Source: Pachysolen tannophilus NRRL Y-2460
Lineage: Eukaryota
DNA: 64,000 bases
Reading direction: 5' to 3'
NCBI GenBank assembly: GCA_001661245.1
Contig: KV454011.1
Coordinates: forward strand, 124,001 to 188,000
Made by a program: the position numbers and the translations under genes. The notes under the pieces are model-generated. The model was not told the origin of the DNA. It saw only the letters and a list, made by a program, of their open reading frames with translations, and ran no database searches. Shown one piece after another: positions 45,907-57,563 of the stretch. Positions within the stretch are counted from its first letter, which is position 1, and each line of letters opens with the position of its first letter.

Positions 45907-46401
45907 NNNNNNNNNNNNNNNNNNNNNNNNNNNNNNNNNNNNNNNNNNNNNNNNNNNNNNNNNNNNNNNNNNNNNNNNNNNNNNNNNNNNNNNNNNNNNN
46001 NNNNNNNNNNNNNNNNNNNNNNNNNNNNNNNNNNNNNNNNNNNNNNNNNNNNNNNNNNNNNNNNNNNNNNNNNNNNNNNNNNNNNNNNNNNNNNNNNNNN
46101 NNNNNNNNNNNNNNNNNNNNNNNNNNNNNNNNNNNNNNNNNNNNNNNNNNNNNNNNNNNNNNNNNNNNNNNNNNNNNNNNNNNNNNNNNNNNNNNNNNNN
46201 NNNNNNNNNNNNNNNNNNNNNNNNNNNNNNNNNNNNNNNNNNNNNNNNNNNNNNNNNNNNNNNNNNNNNNNNNNNNNNNNNNNNNNNNNNNNNNNNNNNN
46301 NNNNNNNNNNNNNNNNNNNNNNNNNNNNNNNNNNNNNNNNNNNNNNNNNNNNNNNNNNNNNNNNNNNNNNNNNNNNNNNNNNNNNNNNNNNNNNNNNNNN
46401 N
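45907..46401. other. Assembly gap (N run)
   Basis: Run of N. Confidence 0.99.
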
Positions 46402-46605
46402 ACTATTATTATTATTATTATTATCGCCATTCCCATGATTGAAATGTAAAAAACTTGACGCTGTCAATGAGGCATCACTGAGGAAATTATTAAACTCTGT
46501 ATCTTGCCAGTTGCTCGTATTAGCACTAGTATTTGTGCTGCTACCATCACCGTTATCCGCATCGAATAAATGCAAGTTGCTATCACTATTATTAGTACCT
46601 TTTGA

Positions 46606-46636
<31 letters not shown>

Positions 46637-46744
46637 ATATTATTGGACATAATTGATAACCAACCAAGATAAAAAAAAATAAAGAAGAAACCTTGAACCA
46701 AAAACCTAACAATTAACCAAAACCAAAAAAAAAAAGAAAAAAAA
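46402..46744. repeat. Near-exact direct copy of 45564-45906 (DAL81 5' end) across the gap; probably an unmerged contig overlap
   Basis: Identical at offset 838 except for poly-A length; both copies abut the gap. Confidence 0.9.
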
Positions 46745-47301
46745 AAATTTAAAGAGTTACAACAAAATACAATAAAAGAAATTTAGGAAAACCACCAATA
46801 AAGAATGAATGAATGAGATGAGATAAGATAAGATAAATTGAACCAGTATCTTATACAATCATATACGTAAAAACACACACAATTTGAATTTTCACTATTA
46901 TGTACAATTATCGAAAATTTTTTCTTTTATTTTTATTTTTTTTTATTTTTTATTTTTTTTTTACGGCAAACAGTCTATCTTTTCAGAATTGATTGATAGA
47001 AACAACCAAAAAAAAAAAAAAAAAAAAAAAAAAAATAAAAAAAAAAAAATTTTGCCAATTATACTAGTGTTGCCTTTTAAACAACTAGAATATAGAGATA
47101 TTAAAGATCACCTATCTAATGAATCTAATTATTACAAACTTTTTATTACAAATAAAATACAATAATAATCTTTTATATTTATTTAAAAAATAATGTGTAT
47201 GGAGTCTTTCTAAATAGGTTCAATTTTCTGGCAATCTCTACACTACCTTTGTTTTGTCTCTTTTTAAGTCATTTTATTGTTTAAGCATCAAGCTTTTTTT
47301 T

Positions 47302-47902
47302 TCAATCGAATACTGTAAGGTATGCTTCTGCAATGAATCTTGCTCTTGCGTTTAGGAAAAGTTTCATTTCACTAATTTCCTTATCCACGTCTTCCATGAA
47401 CTCGATGACAAAATCGATTAATTTATTTTTCAACATTATTTCGTTATGATAATTGGTTAGTAAAAAACTGATATCGTAACCTGGGGTTGGTACTCTTCTT
47501 AGTATGATGAAATTTTCTGCTCTCTTGGTTAAGAACCCGGTGAATTTGTCGACTAGGATATTTTCAATCTCGTCACTTTGTTTGATTTTAATTGAAATTC
47601 TTACAGAATTAATACTTGGTTCAATCAATACCTGCTCATTTTCATTTCTGGATATGGTCATTGGGTTCAACAATGCCTCCACCGTTTTCTTATTTTCAAC
47701 CTCAGGATAATTATGTCTTTCAACAATCTCAGACGCAAAATTCTCAAGACATAAAGCTGCTTGTAATGATGACCTAACAGCCGCTAAATACGGACGTAAT
47801 GATTGTGACTATAATACAAAATTAAAAAAAATTAAAAAAATGGTTAGCATCAATTTTTAACAAATTTATCCTTATATATATAAACTCAATTAAACTTACC
47901 AT
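47302..47902 (-). CDS. ARC19: Arp2/3 complex subunit ARPC4; exons 47902-47900 (ATG) and 47808-47302 (169 aa)
   Basis: Spliced product [39 protein letters not shown]...[11 protein letters not shown]...FLNARAR. Intron GTAAGT..TGCTAAC..TAG, 91 nt. Confidence 0.95.
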
Positions 47903-48149
47903 TTTTCTAATTTTAAAATTCACTCAATCGATGGATTCAATCACTACTTCTCTCTTTCACCTAATATTTAATCAATTTCTTGTTAATTGTTATCTCTTTA
48001 TAAAGAAAAAACGCTTTAGTTTTTTTTTCAATTCCAGCAAAAAAATAAAAAACTAAGTCAAGTCCTTAGGCCGGTGCACGACCGTCGTTCTCTGCCTTAA
48101 AATTTTGGTGAAAAAGCTGGGAAACAAGAGAAATAAGAAGATGATGATC

Positions 48150-48182
<33 letters not shown>

Positions 48183-48210
48183 GTATTGATTATTTTGTTT
48201 GGTTGTAGAG

Positions 48211-50121
48211 ATGTCTGGTGATTGGGAAGCTGTTGTGGACGATGAGGGAAGAACTTATTATTATAATTCGCAAACTCAGGAATCGACTTGGGATAAGCCG
48301 TATGAGTTACTTACCAATTTAGAGAAAGCGTTATTGGAGAGTCCATGGAAAGAGTTTACATCTGAAGATGGAGAAAAATATTATTATAATGAGATTAGTC
48401 AGGAATCAAGATGGGAGGTACCTGAAGAAGTGGTGAATAAGGTTAATGAGTTGGAAGGAAATGGTGGAGGAAGCTTGACGGCAGGGTCCGAGGCAGGTTT
48501 GGCAGGTTTGGCAGGTTTTGCAGGTTCCACGGCTCTGGTAGGCCTCGAGGGCCTGGCAGGCTTCGCGGGCGCCAAAACCGCTGCCACCGCCGCTGCCTCT
48601 GGTTCTGGTTCTCGTTCTGGTTTTTTAGCTGGTGAAGTGCTGCCATTGTCTAACGATAACGATGTTGATGTTGAAGAGTTGGTATCAAAATACCCAAATA
48701 CAAGCCCCATTGGTAATGCAAAGTCAAAACAGATTGTAACACAGAAAGTACTTGATTCTTATAAAAATTCGTTTATTGAAATGTTACAAGAAAGTAATGT
48801 TGATGCTCAATGGTCATTTAATAAAGTTATGCAAGTTTTCATAAGAGATCCGAGGTATTGGGCAATTCCTGACCCATTAACTAGGAAAGAGTTGTTTGAA
48901 AGTTATTTGATGAATCAAACAGAGTTGGCATTTAAAAAAGATATGAATTCAAAAGAAATGTTTAGGAAAAATTTTATAAAAGTTTTACAAAATTATGATA
49001 TTAAATATTATACTCGTTGGAAAACTTGTTCTAAAAAAATTATTGATGAACCAATTTATTCAGTAGCATCAGAAAAATTGAAAATTGAAATATTTAATGA
49101 ATATGTAAAAATTTTACAAATTGAACATGAAAAAGAACAATTACTGTTAAAAAAACAAGCATTGGAAGAATTACAAGATTATTTAAAAAATTCATTAAAA
49201 ATTTCTATAAATTCAAATTGGGATGAATTGATTGAAAAAATTAAAAATGATAAAAGATTTAAAGAAAATTCTCATTTTAGAGTTTTAAATAAATTGGATG
49301 TATTAACAATTTATGAGTCTATAATATTGGAATTAGAAGAAGAATTTAATACAAATTTGAAAAAAATTCGTCATAAAAACTATAGAAATGATCGGAAAGC
49401 AAGAGATTCTTTTAAACATAAACTATTGGATTTACAAATAAAAGTAACACCAAACACAACATGGTTAGAATTTCAAAACAAATTACATGATACACAGGAA
49501 TTTTCAAATCTAATTGGTAGATCAGGTTCATCTCCTATTGATTATTTCTGGGACTTGTTAGATGAGTCAATGCAAATATTAAGGGTAAAGAAAGATTTAA
49601 TTTATCAACTCTTGATAGATTTGAATTTGAAAACCCAAATCATAGAACCAAGTTTCAACTTTGATGATTTTAAACAATTGATATCGGACAATTCAACTAA
49701 ATTCAACGACATCAATATTACCACAAATGACAACGAAGAACTCTTATTTGTCTTTGAAATGTTAAGAAAAGAATTGAAAACTCAAGAAATGGAAACTAGC
49801 ACGTCATCAGGAACAGCCATCACCAGGAACGCCACAGACCACACCTCACAGACAAATACCGCAGCAACCTCAACTAACACTACAATCCCGCCGAAACCAG
49901 TAACTCAAAATGATCATCGCAAAACAACTAATAACAGGTCAAGGTCAAGATCAAGGTCAATGTCACCTGCAAGTTTACAAAGGAAAAGATTAGAAAATTA
50001 CAGAACCAATAGAGGAGAAATAAGCTCTGCTACAACCAACACTAAGCAGAGGACTACAGATGATATCTCTGGATCCACCTCTGCAAACACAAACACAAAT
50101 GGAGGCGATCTAGACTACTGA
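48211..50121 (+). CDS. PRP40: U1 snRNP protein Prp40 (two WW domains plus FF domains)
   Basis: WEAVVDDEGRTYYYNSQTQESTWDKP and WKEFTSEDGEKYYYNEISQESRWEVP; FF repeats; RKARDSFK; divergent from ARC19 as in S. cerevisiae. Confidence 0.94.
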   Translation: MSGDWEAVVDDEGRTYYYNSQTQESTWDKPYELLTNLEKALLESPWKEFTSEDGEKYYYNEISQESRWEVPEEVVNKVNELEGNGGGSLTAGSEAGLAGLAGFAGSTALVGLEGLAGFAGAKTAATAAASGSGSRSGFLAGEVLPLSNDNDVDVEELVSKYPNTSPIGNAKSKQIVTQKVLDSYKNSFIEMLQESNVDAQWSFNKVMQVFIRDPRYWAIPDPLTRKELFESYLMNQTELAFKKDMNSKEMFRKNFIKVLQNYDIKYYTRWKTCSKKIIDEPIYSVASEKLKIEIFNEYVKILQIEHEKEQLLLKKQALEELQDYLKNSLKISINSNWDELIEKIKNDKRFKENSHFRVLNKLDVLTIYESIILELEEEFNTNLKKIRHKNYRNDRKARDSFKHKLLDLQIKVTPNTTWLEFQNKLHDTQEFSNLIGRSGSSPIDYFWDLLDESMQILRVKKDLIYQLLIDLNLKTQIIEPSFNFDDFKQLISDNSTKFNDINITTNDNEELLFVFEMLRKELKTQEMETSTSSGTAITRNATDHTSQTNTAATSTNTTIPPKPVTQNDHRKTTNNRSRSRSRSMSPASLQRKRLENYRTNRGEISSATTNTKQRTTDDISGSTSANTNTNGGDLDY

Positions 50122-50224
50122 GTCTCCATCTTATCATCGATTTTAGTTGGCTCTTCGAAATGATTTTAACTGAAAAATAAAAATAAAAAAATAAAAAATA
50201 AAAAATAAAAGTGCGGCTCAAAAT

Positions 50225-50254
50225 TTTAAGTGAAAAAAAAAATTTTCACTTAAA
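50225..50254. promoter_or_regulatory. Inverted pair of RRPE-like elements (TTTAAGTGAAAA / TTTTCACTTAAA) upstream of IFH1
   Basis: 12-bp perfect arms resembling TGAAAAWTTT. Similar elements lie near 739, 11320, 11919, 21790 and 25927. Confidence 0.5.
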
Positions 50255-50522
50255 TTTTAATTAATTTATAGATAACATAATAATAAATATATATATATAT
50301 ATATATAATATATATTAATAGATATAGTGATTTAAATTAAATTGAAAGAGTTGAAGTTGCTAAGATAATAGCAGGATATATGTATTGATAAAGATTGAAA
50401 GATATTGTAGGAGATAGTAGTTTTATAATTATAATAATAGTAATTAACTGTTAAACATTGATTGGGTAATTTGAGGTAAATTGAGGTAATTTTTAATAAT
50501 TAGGTAATATAATAAAGATATT

Positions 50523-53156
50523 ATGGGTAAAAATTCCAAAAAAAGTTTGACGGGAACACCCAAGTCTGGGAAGAACATTGAAGCTATAACTCCAAAGAAT
50601 GTTAAATATTCACAGAAGAAATACCCATCAAAATATGCAAGTGCACGCAAGACAACAACAACACATGGAGGGAAAGGAGAAATAATACCCAGAAATAAAA
50701 ATGGTAGAAATGGTATTGGGAAGTCCGGCTTTGATAGAAGGTTCAGTTTAGTTTCGGATAGTTCATTGTCTGATGTATCTGATGATGAAGTAAGTCTGGA
50801 AGAAGATCTGCGAAACTTCCATTCAATGCCTGTGTTTGACTCTTCGAGTGAAGATGATGATGATGGAATTGAAGGCAACGCAGAGCAATCCAATGATGAT
50901 CATGGTAATAATCACGATTCCTCGGATGATGATGACGATGACGACGACGATAATGAATCTTCAGATTATGACTCAGATGTGGATTTTGTGAAGTTAACAG
51001 CAGAAAGAAAGGCTAAAGCTATGAAAATGGCTGGAAGAAAATCTAATAGAAATTTGTCATTGAACAATGGTCAAGGTAAAGAAGGAGAAATAGCGGTGGA
51101 TTTCCAATTTGATTTTGATAATGATGGGAATGAAACATTAACTTTAAGTAAACTGTATGACTCTCCTCCAAGACTGGTTGCTGAAGAAGATTTAGGTGAA
51201 GAAGTAGTTGTGCCGCAAAATTCCAGCAATGTTGATAAAAATAATGATATTTCTTCGGTTTCTTTATCGAATGTTGCTGCATCTGGAAATAATCCTTTTG
51301 TATTGATAGACAATGACTATGATGCAAATATATTGTCAGATTCTAAAGATTTATTAACAAAACATTTATTGATAGATGTGCCCAAGATAAATGATGATGA
51401 AATAAATTCAGACCAAGATTATGAAATTGATGATGATAAATTAATTCAAACTTTGCAGAACGATAACGATGATTTGGAATTGTCAGCATTGAACAGTGAT
51501 GAAGATGAAATTTTAAATTCTAACGAATTTGATAATTTAAGCTTTGAAGGAGAAGAAGAATATGAAGATTCTGTGCCCGAAGATATTGGAGGTAATGATT
51601 ATGACGAAGAAGATGATGAAAACGAAGATGAAGAAGATAGTTACTTGTTGAAAGAAGAAACAGATGCTCTAGTACAGGAGTTTGGTAATAATGATATGGA
51701 GAATAATTTTGATGATGATCCGTTAAGTTATTTTTCCAGTAACGAAGCTTCTTTTGTATTCAGTGATGAAGAAGAGGATGAAGAGGATGACGAAAATAAT
51801 GACAATGATCATGATAATGAAGCAAAATCCAAGGAAGATAAAAACAGAAGCAAAAAATCACTTGGGGGTAGGAAATTGTCATTTTTTGAAGATCCGTTTC
51901 TGGATGCAAAATTTTACTCTCATCAGCAAGGAAGGCGTCACAACTCTACAATCCCTTCAAATTCTGCTGCTATTTCCGCTGACAGCGATGATGAGGAGGA
52001 TGATTCTTATTTAATACGGTATTTCTTTAAAAATAATAGGTACGGAAATAGTAGCGATGATTATGACGATGATTCTTCTAGTGATGTTTCCGATTCTGAT
52101 GATCATGAAGACAACGAAGAGGCTTCCAAACGCATTTCTTCAAAAGGTAACCCTAATAATGGATTAAAAATGGTACAGGAACAAGACCAACAGCAAGTGC
52201 TTCATTCTGGTTATTCCACTGATGAAGACAAGTCTATGCCTCCACCTTCTACTTTAGTTAAAAAAATTGGTATTAAAAATGCAAAAGAGGTGTTATCTTC
52301 TTCCGCATCAGATGCTAGGCCTCCGTTCTTGGGCAAGTGGATTCCTGAGGAAACCGATAAACCTTACAGTATCATTGATGGTCTATCCACTAAATCTTTG
52401 ATTTCTGATGATTTTGAAGAAGAAGAGCTACAAAGAAATATGAAGCATAGATTTAGAAACTCACCACTTAGTATGGCAACTTCATCGGTTAAAGTTCAGC
52501 CTGAACCAATGGCTATTGATGACTTACTAAATATGAGTGAACTAGAAGAGAGTGATATTGACGATATTGATGACAATGATAATAGTGGCACCAAGAGTAA
52601 TGATCCTGGTGCTCATAATGATAAAAACGATAAAACTTGGGGAGGTTACATAATGAATAACCCTAGAAGGGTCCCATTATCAGCTTTCAGAAATAAAGGC
52701 TACATAAACCATGACAGCAACATTTACCAGATGAGGCGCTATTCTGCTTCCAATAATTTCAATGGCCCATCTACAACTTCTTCTTCATCAGCCATAGCAT
52801 CAACTGTTTTACATTCATCTGCGAACAAGAGAAGGTCTTCTGTAGTTAACCATAGGAGACCTTCGATTTCTTCCAAAGCTGATGATTTCAAAATAAATCC
52901 AAAATTTACATTGGCAAACAGAAATAGCACAGTGAAAAGTGGAAAGAAAAAACTAAGCAAGAAGGAAAGATTTAAAAAGAGGGAAAAGAAACTGGCAAAA
53001 GTTAAAAGACTGAGTGTAATTGAAGCTACCGCAGAAGGCTTGAGAACTACTAAAAGTGGTCTATTTAGCGAAAATACTATCGCCGATGTTGAAGCCTTTC
53101 TAGCTGATGTCGATACTGGTGATGAATTTAGTATTTTATTTAGAGGTATAATTTAG
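50523..53156 (+). CDS. IFH1: Ribosomal protein gene co-activator Ifh1/Crf1
   Basis: RRFSL, DSDVDFVKL, acidic tracts, GYSTDED, PPFLGKW...KPYSIIDGLSTKSL, RVPLSAFRNKG, EGLRTTKSGLFSE. Confidence 0.9.
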   Translation: MGKNSKKSLTGTPKSGKNIEAITPKNVKYSQKKYPSKYASARKTTTTHGGKGEIIPRNKNGRNGIGKSGFDRRFSLVSDSSLSDVSDDEVSLEEDLRNFHSMPVFDSSSEDDDDGIEGNAEQSNDDHGNNHDSSDDDDDDDDDNESSDYDSDVDFVKLTAERKAKAMKMAGRKSNRNLSLNNGQGKEGEIAVDFQFDFDNDGNETLTLSKLYDSPPRLVAEEDLGEEVVVPQNSSNVDKNNDISSVSLSNVAASGNNPFVLIDNDYDANILSDSKDLLTKHLLIDVPKINDDEINSDQDYEIDDDKLIQTLQNDNDDLELSALNSDEDEILNSNEFDNLSFEGEEEYEDSVPEDIGGNDYDEEDDENEDEEDSYLLKEETDALVQEFGNNDMENNFDDDPLSYFSSNEASFVFSDEEEDEEDDENNDNDHDNEAKSKEDKNRSKKSLGGRKLSFFEDPFLDAKFYSHQQGRRHNSTIPSNSAAISADSDDEEDDSYLIRYFFKNNRYGNSSDDYDDDSSSDVSDSDDHEDNEEASKRISSKGNPNNGLKMVQEQDQQQVLHSGYSTDEDKSMPPPSTLVKKIGIKNAKEVLSSSASDARPPFLGKWIPEETDKPYSIIDGLSTKSLISDDFEEEELQRNMKHRFRNSPLSMATSSVKVQPEPMAIDDLLNMSELEESDIDDIDDNDNSGTKSNDPGAHNDKNDKTWGGYIMNNPRRVPLSAFRNKGYINHDSNIYQMRRYSASNNFNGPSTTSSSSAIASTVLHSSANKRRSSVVNHRRPSISSKADDFKINPKFTLANRNSTVKSGKKKLSKKERFKKREKKLAKVKRLSVIEATAEGLRTTKSGLFSENTIADVEAFLADVDTGDEFSILFRGII

Positions 53157-53378
53157 TTTTTTGTACGCCAAATTGGCAAATCAAAGTTTACTTTTAATAG
53201 AAAGAAGACTGAAAGAATAAAATATGTTTTTTTTTTATATAAACTGTTCTCTAGTTAAAAATAAATGAATGTTCTTTAGGAAATAATAATTATAAAAGGT
53301 TTTCTCTTTTCCTTACCTTTAGCAACAATAGAAAAATAAAAAATAAAAAATAAGAAAAAAAAAAAACGAAAGATGCGT

Positions 53379-55229
53379 TCAACACCAAGTACGATAAATT
53401 CTAATATACCAAGATTTCTGTCTTAATTCTTGTTCTTGTTGATGAACCTCTTCAATCAAAGCTTCTACATCTTCTCTAGCACCTGAATCGATATCAATGT
53501 CTTTTGCCTTAATGAAGACTCTGAAATCTTTCTTGTAGATCATATAAGCAAAATAAAAAGCAAGAACAAATGGGATCGATAAGTAATCTTGAAAGAATTT
53601 TTTTGGATCTGGCTTCGAGCCAATCGGAAACATTGCAACCCAAAAGTTTGCAACTAAAACCAAAAAGTTTAAAATTGCACCATAATAAGATCCAATAACA
53701 CCACCTTGTGATTTAAATGGCAATTCATCTGTAGAACGATTTTGAACCTTTAAAGCTCTTCTAAACCTAATATGAGAAATACAAGCAGACATCCATGTCA
53801 AGATACACGAGAGTCCAGATAAAGAGCTCATCCATATAAATGCTTCATGACCTCTAACGGGATCTGCAGAAATAAACGCAATTAAACCAAAAGAAGAAGC
53901 AATTGCAATTGATACCAAAGGTCTACCTTTTCTGTCGACATAATCTAAATGCATGAATGCTGGTGCGTAACTAGCAGACAACGCTGTTAATGTTCTGGAA
54001 CAAGCATAAATTGCACTATTTCCAACACTTAAAACAGAAATCATAATGACCGCATTCATAACTGATGGAAGACCTTTAATACCAGCATTTTCAATTGCAA
54101 TAACAAATGGTGATGCAGACGCATCAACTTTGGATGAACCAAAAAGTCTTGGGTCATTGTATGGTACTAAAAGTCCAACTAACGTTAGTGAGATAACGTA
54201 GAAGAGTAAAATTCTCCAAAAAACTTGCTTTGTTGCTTTTGGAAGTGATTTCGATGGGTTAGCAGATTCACATGCTGCCAAACAACAAAGTTCAGTGCCT
54301 GAAAACGAGAATGCGGCAGTAAGAAATACGGTACAAACACCTTTGAATCCATTTGAAAAAGAACCTGGTTCTACCCAAAATTTACCACCAATATAACCTT
54401 GATGATTAGGAGATCCACCAAAATCTAAGATTACTCCTAAAAATACAAAACCAATAACTGTGATTATCTTAATCAGTGAAAAAATGACTTCACCGTAACC
54501 AAAACCTTCAACACCAAATAAGTTGAGCAGAACAATTAAAACCCAAAAGACGAAGATAAAAACAGCATGATTCACTTTGGCTCCCCAGAAATCAATTGTT
54601 ATTGAAGCAGCAACTAATTCTAATGGAAATGCAACTAACCACTGTAACGCATAATTCCAAGCCATTGCAAAACCCCATGCTGGACTAATAAATTTTGTGT
54701 TAAAAGTCACAAATGAACCAGAAACTGGGAATTTAACTGATAATTCACCTAATGCGTGAACAGTCACAAATAACATTGAGCCAATCAATAACCAAGCAAT
54801 CAATAAAGCTGCTGGTCCACCATTGGCTAACGCTTTACCGCTTCCAACAAACAACCCCTAAAAATAAAGAAAAGAATTATGTTAGTTTTCAGATTTTAAA
54901 AATTAGCCTAAAATAAGTCAACTTACAGTACCTATTGATCCACCAATTGCAATCATTTGCAACTGAATATTTCCTAAGGATTTTTGTAATTGAGTGTTTG
55001 CAGTTTTACGAGCGATTTTTTCAATATCAGTTAAATTTGAGTAATCTTCTTCATCTCTCTCCGCCTCCTTGAATGAATCAGCAAAATTTTTCCATGTTTC
55101 TTTGAATTTTATATTACCTTTTTTTTCTTCATAACTTGATGGTTCATTTGAAGCTACGGCACTAGAAGAGACATCTTCAAAAACTTTTGTAGTAGTTTCA
55201 AATTTCTTAGGATTGTTTTCTTGAGACAT
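53379..55229 (-). CDS. YAT/APC-family amino acid permease (Gap1/Hip1-like); exons 55229-54927 and 54857-53379 (593 aa)
   Basis: Splicing of the 69-nt intron (GTAAGT..AACTAAC..TAG) restores MIAIGGSIGT|GLFVGSG. Also AAFSFSGTEL, KQVFWRI, ASPFVIAI and terminal WC. Confidence 0.93.
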
Positions 55230-55463
55230 TGTTTTCTCTTTTTTTTTTTAATTTTTTTTACTGAGAGAGAAATTATCTAAATTCAAAAAAGATAAAACCA
55301 GCGGCCTCTTTTATATCAAAATGGATACTATCTCAACAGAAGATAAAAGTGATCTCTGTAGCCTTCATCAGATCAAATTTTAATCGGTATTAATAAAAAA
55401 TAGAGTAACTGCAGGAACATGCAAAGTGTCAGATAAAAAAAAGTATAATGTGCGGCTCAACTA

Positions 55464-57221
55464 TCAGAGATGATCTGAAATCATAGGACTGACTGACAGA
55501 ACGGAATTTTGTTGAGATAGATTAAGATTTGAATGATAAAAGAGATATCTCTGAGTAAATGAAAAAATAGTATGGCCTAGAAATAAACCAAGACAAAGAG
55601 AAATGATAAAAATTGAGTAATACAAAGATTTGAGTAAAACAATTTCGACATTTTCAAGTTGTTTCTCCTTTGCGTTGTATCTTATAGATGTGCGTATCTT
55701 GTAGAAAATCACGATTAGCAAAAAATAATTGGGAAATGCGACAAGTAAAACTTTTAATACAAATCCCAAGTTTATTAGTTTTTTGAATACCTTGAAAAAT
55801 GAGATGCTGTTCAAAAAAGTTGATAGATTGTTCAAGAAGTCTATTGAACCAACTAAAGCATCTGCAATATCGTCTACGGTGTTCGATAAGTTTTGTAACT
55901 TATTACTTGTTTCCATCAATTTAAAATCAAAGTTGTCAAAAATTTTATTGTATTGAACATAAATTTCTTTCTCTCTCATAGAGATTTCATTTTGGTTTTC
56001 CAATAGTTCACCTTGCATAGATAATACTAATTCCAGATTTATACACTGATACTCAACTATTTCAGAAACTGAACTTAATCCAGCGTTAAAGTTCTCAATC
56101 AATTTAATACTATCCTCTGTGGTGGAATCTAGATTTTCCACACTTCCCTTTGTCTTACTTATCACCTTATCAATGGAGCTTAGCATATCTTGTACGTTAT
56201 TTGTTTGCTCTTGGAATATATCCATTGTTTCGTCTTTATATTTTCTTAAATGTTCCGATATTCCAAATTTCTGAAGTGTGTTTTCGATATCAAGTAAACT
56301 ATTCCCTACCGTGTTTATAAGATTTTCAATATAATCATGGTAATCAGCTGAATCATCTTGAATTTTGGTTGAAAGTACACTTGTATCCTTTAAAACGTTG
56401 TTTATTTCATTGATCGACTTGTTAAACTCTTCTTTTTGCCTATTAGATCTCTTTGATGTTTCGTTAATAAAATTATCAAAAACTCCCTTAAATTCTTTTA
56501 AATAGCTAAAAGTAGCTTCTTTATAGTTTTCACTTTCTTCCATTATATTTTCTAAATTATCTAAATATTTTGAATAAACTCCCGTTATATTTGTATATAG
56601 CTCCAACAAATGATTTTTCTCATACGGTAATGACTCTTGAGAACAAATCTTTCCGATATCCCTAAAATAACCATGATAAGTTGTCCAAGCTGCTGGATTC
56701 TTGAATAGTTCACCAATACAACCTTGAATATCTATAAAGGTATTCAGTTCTTCATTGTAAAACTGTGAATCTTCAATACATTCGTAGGGAAATTCTACAT
56801 TCCCATCACTAAAATCACATAAAGAAAGCCTGATTGCAATCAAGGTTTTCCCAGTTTTAGTTAAAGAATCAATACCACTCTTAATGCAAGCTGGTAAAAT
56901 TGGTTCTATTGCTTGCTTATAACAATCCTTATTGTACAATGGATTCTTAAAAGCTTCTAATTCATAATTTGTTATCTCTAACAACTTTTTATGCCTCTTG
57001 ACAATATCATTTATCAGAAGTTGGTACTGACCATCAATTTTGAAAGTTGGCTCTTCTCCATCCTTAATATCACCATTCGCAGTTTCCGCAATTTCATTGT
57101 TTTCCAGCACGCACCCTGTAAAGTGAATTATGCAAAACAAAAATACAACCAAGTTCATAATTTTATGTAAACTCATCACCGACCAGAAAAAACTTTGAAT
57201 ATACCAGAATGAAAGGAACAT
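55464..57221 (-). CDS. KAR5: Nuclear fusion (karyogamy) protein Kar5/Tht1; exact start uncertain
   Basis: Signal-like N-terminus, Cys-rich domain (CYKQAI..C, AIRLSLCDF..FPYEC, CIGEL..AWTTYHGY..IC), coiled coils and C-terminal transmembrane segments. Confidence 0.88.
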   Translation of the reverse strand: MFLSFWYIQSFFWSVMSLHKIMNLVVFLFCIIHFTGCVLENNEIAETANGDIKDGEEPTFKIDGQYQLLINDIVKRHKKLLEITNYELEAFKNPLYNKDCYKQAIEPILPACIKSGIDSLTKTGKTLIAIRLSLCDFSDGNVEFPYECIEDSQFYNEELNTFIDIQGCIGELFKNPAAWTTYHGYFRDIGKICSQESLPYEKNHLLELYTNITGVYSKYLDNLENIMEESENYKEATFSYLKEFKGVFDNFINETSKRSNRQKEEFNKSINEINNVLKDTSVLSTKIQDDSADYHDYIENLINTVGNSLLDIENTLQKFGISEHLRKYKDETMDIFQEQTNNVQDMLSSIDKVISKTKGSVENLDSTTEDSIKLIENFNAGLSSVSEIVEYQCINLELVLSMQGELLENQNEISMREKEIYVQYNKIFDNFDFKLMETSNKLQNLSNTVDDIADALVGSIDFLNNLSTFLNSISFFKVFKKLINLGFVLKVLLVAFPNYFLLIVIFYKIRTSIRYNAKEKQLENVEIVLLKSLYYSIFIISLCLGLFLGHTIFSFTQRYLFYHSNLNLSQQNSVLSVSPMISDHL

Positions 57222-57563
57222 ATCATATTATTTAAATCGACCGGGCTCCTCGTTATATTTTGTTCAAAAAAACATGATTAATCAAATTGTGAAAAGTTGG
57301 TCGGCTGTTTTAAGCCGCATGCATCTTTTAGGTCTTGCAGTCATAAAGAAATTAGCAAGAAATACAACCATTCAAAATCGATTATGAAGACAACGATATA
57401 TAGATACATATATAGGATTACACTTACGTATATTTGCATGTAAATTATTCCTTAGAATAATTCGAGCTTAACGTTCAGCAAGAGATTTCCGAAAAAGACC
57501 CCCAATAAAATGTATGATATGGTATGTATGTAAGTACGTACGGTATGTATGGTATGTATGGTA

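Noticed and set aside
46402..46744. Apparent tandem duplication of the DAL81 5' end
   Set aside because: Both copies abut the N gap and differ only in poly-A length, which is typical of an unmerged contig overlap. The 1332-aa ORF through the gap is an artefact.
57521..57563. GTATG/GTATGT repeats resembling splice donors
   Set aside because: A simple microsatellite next to the F-box gene stop, on the non-coding strand, with no exon context.
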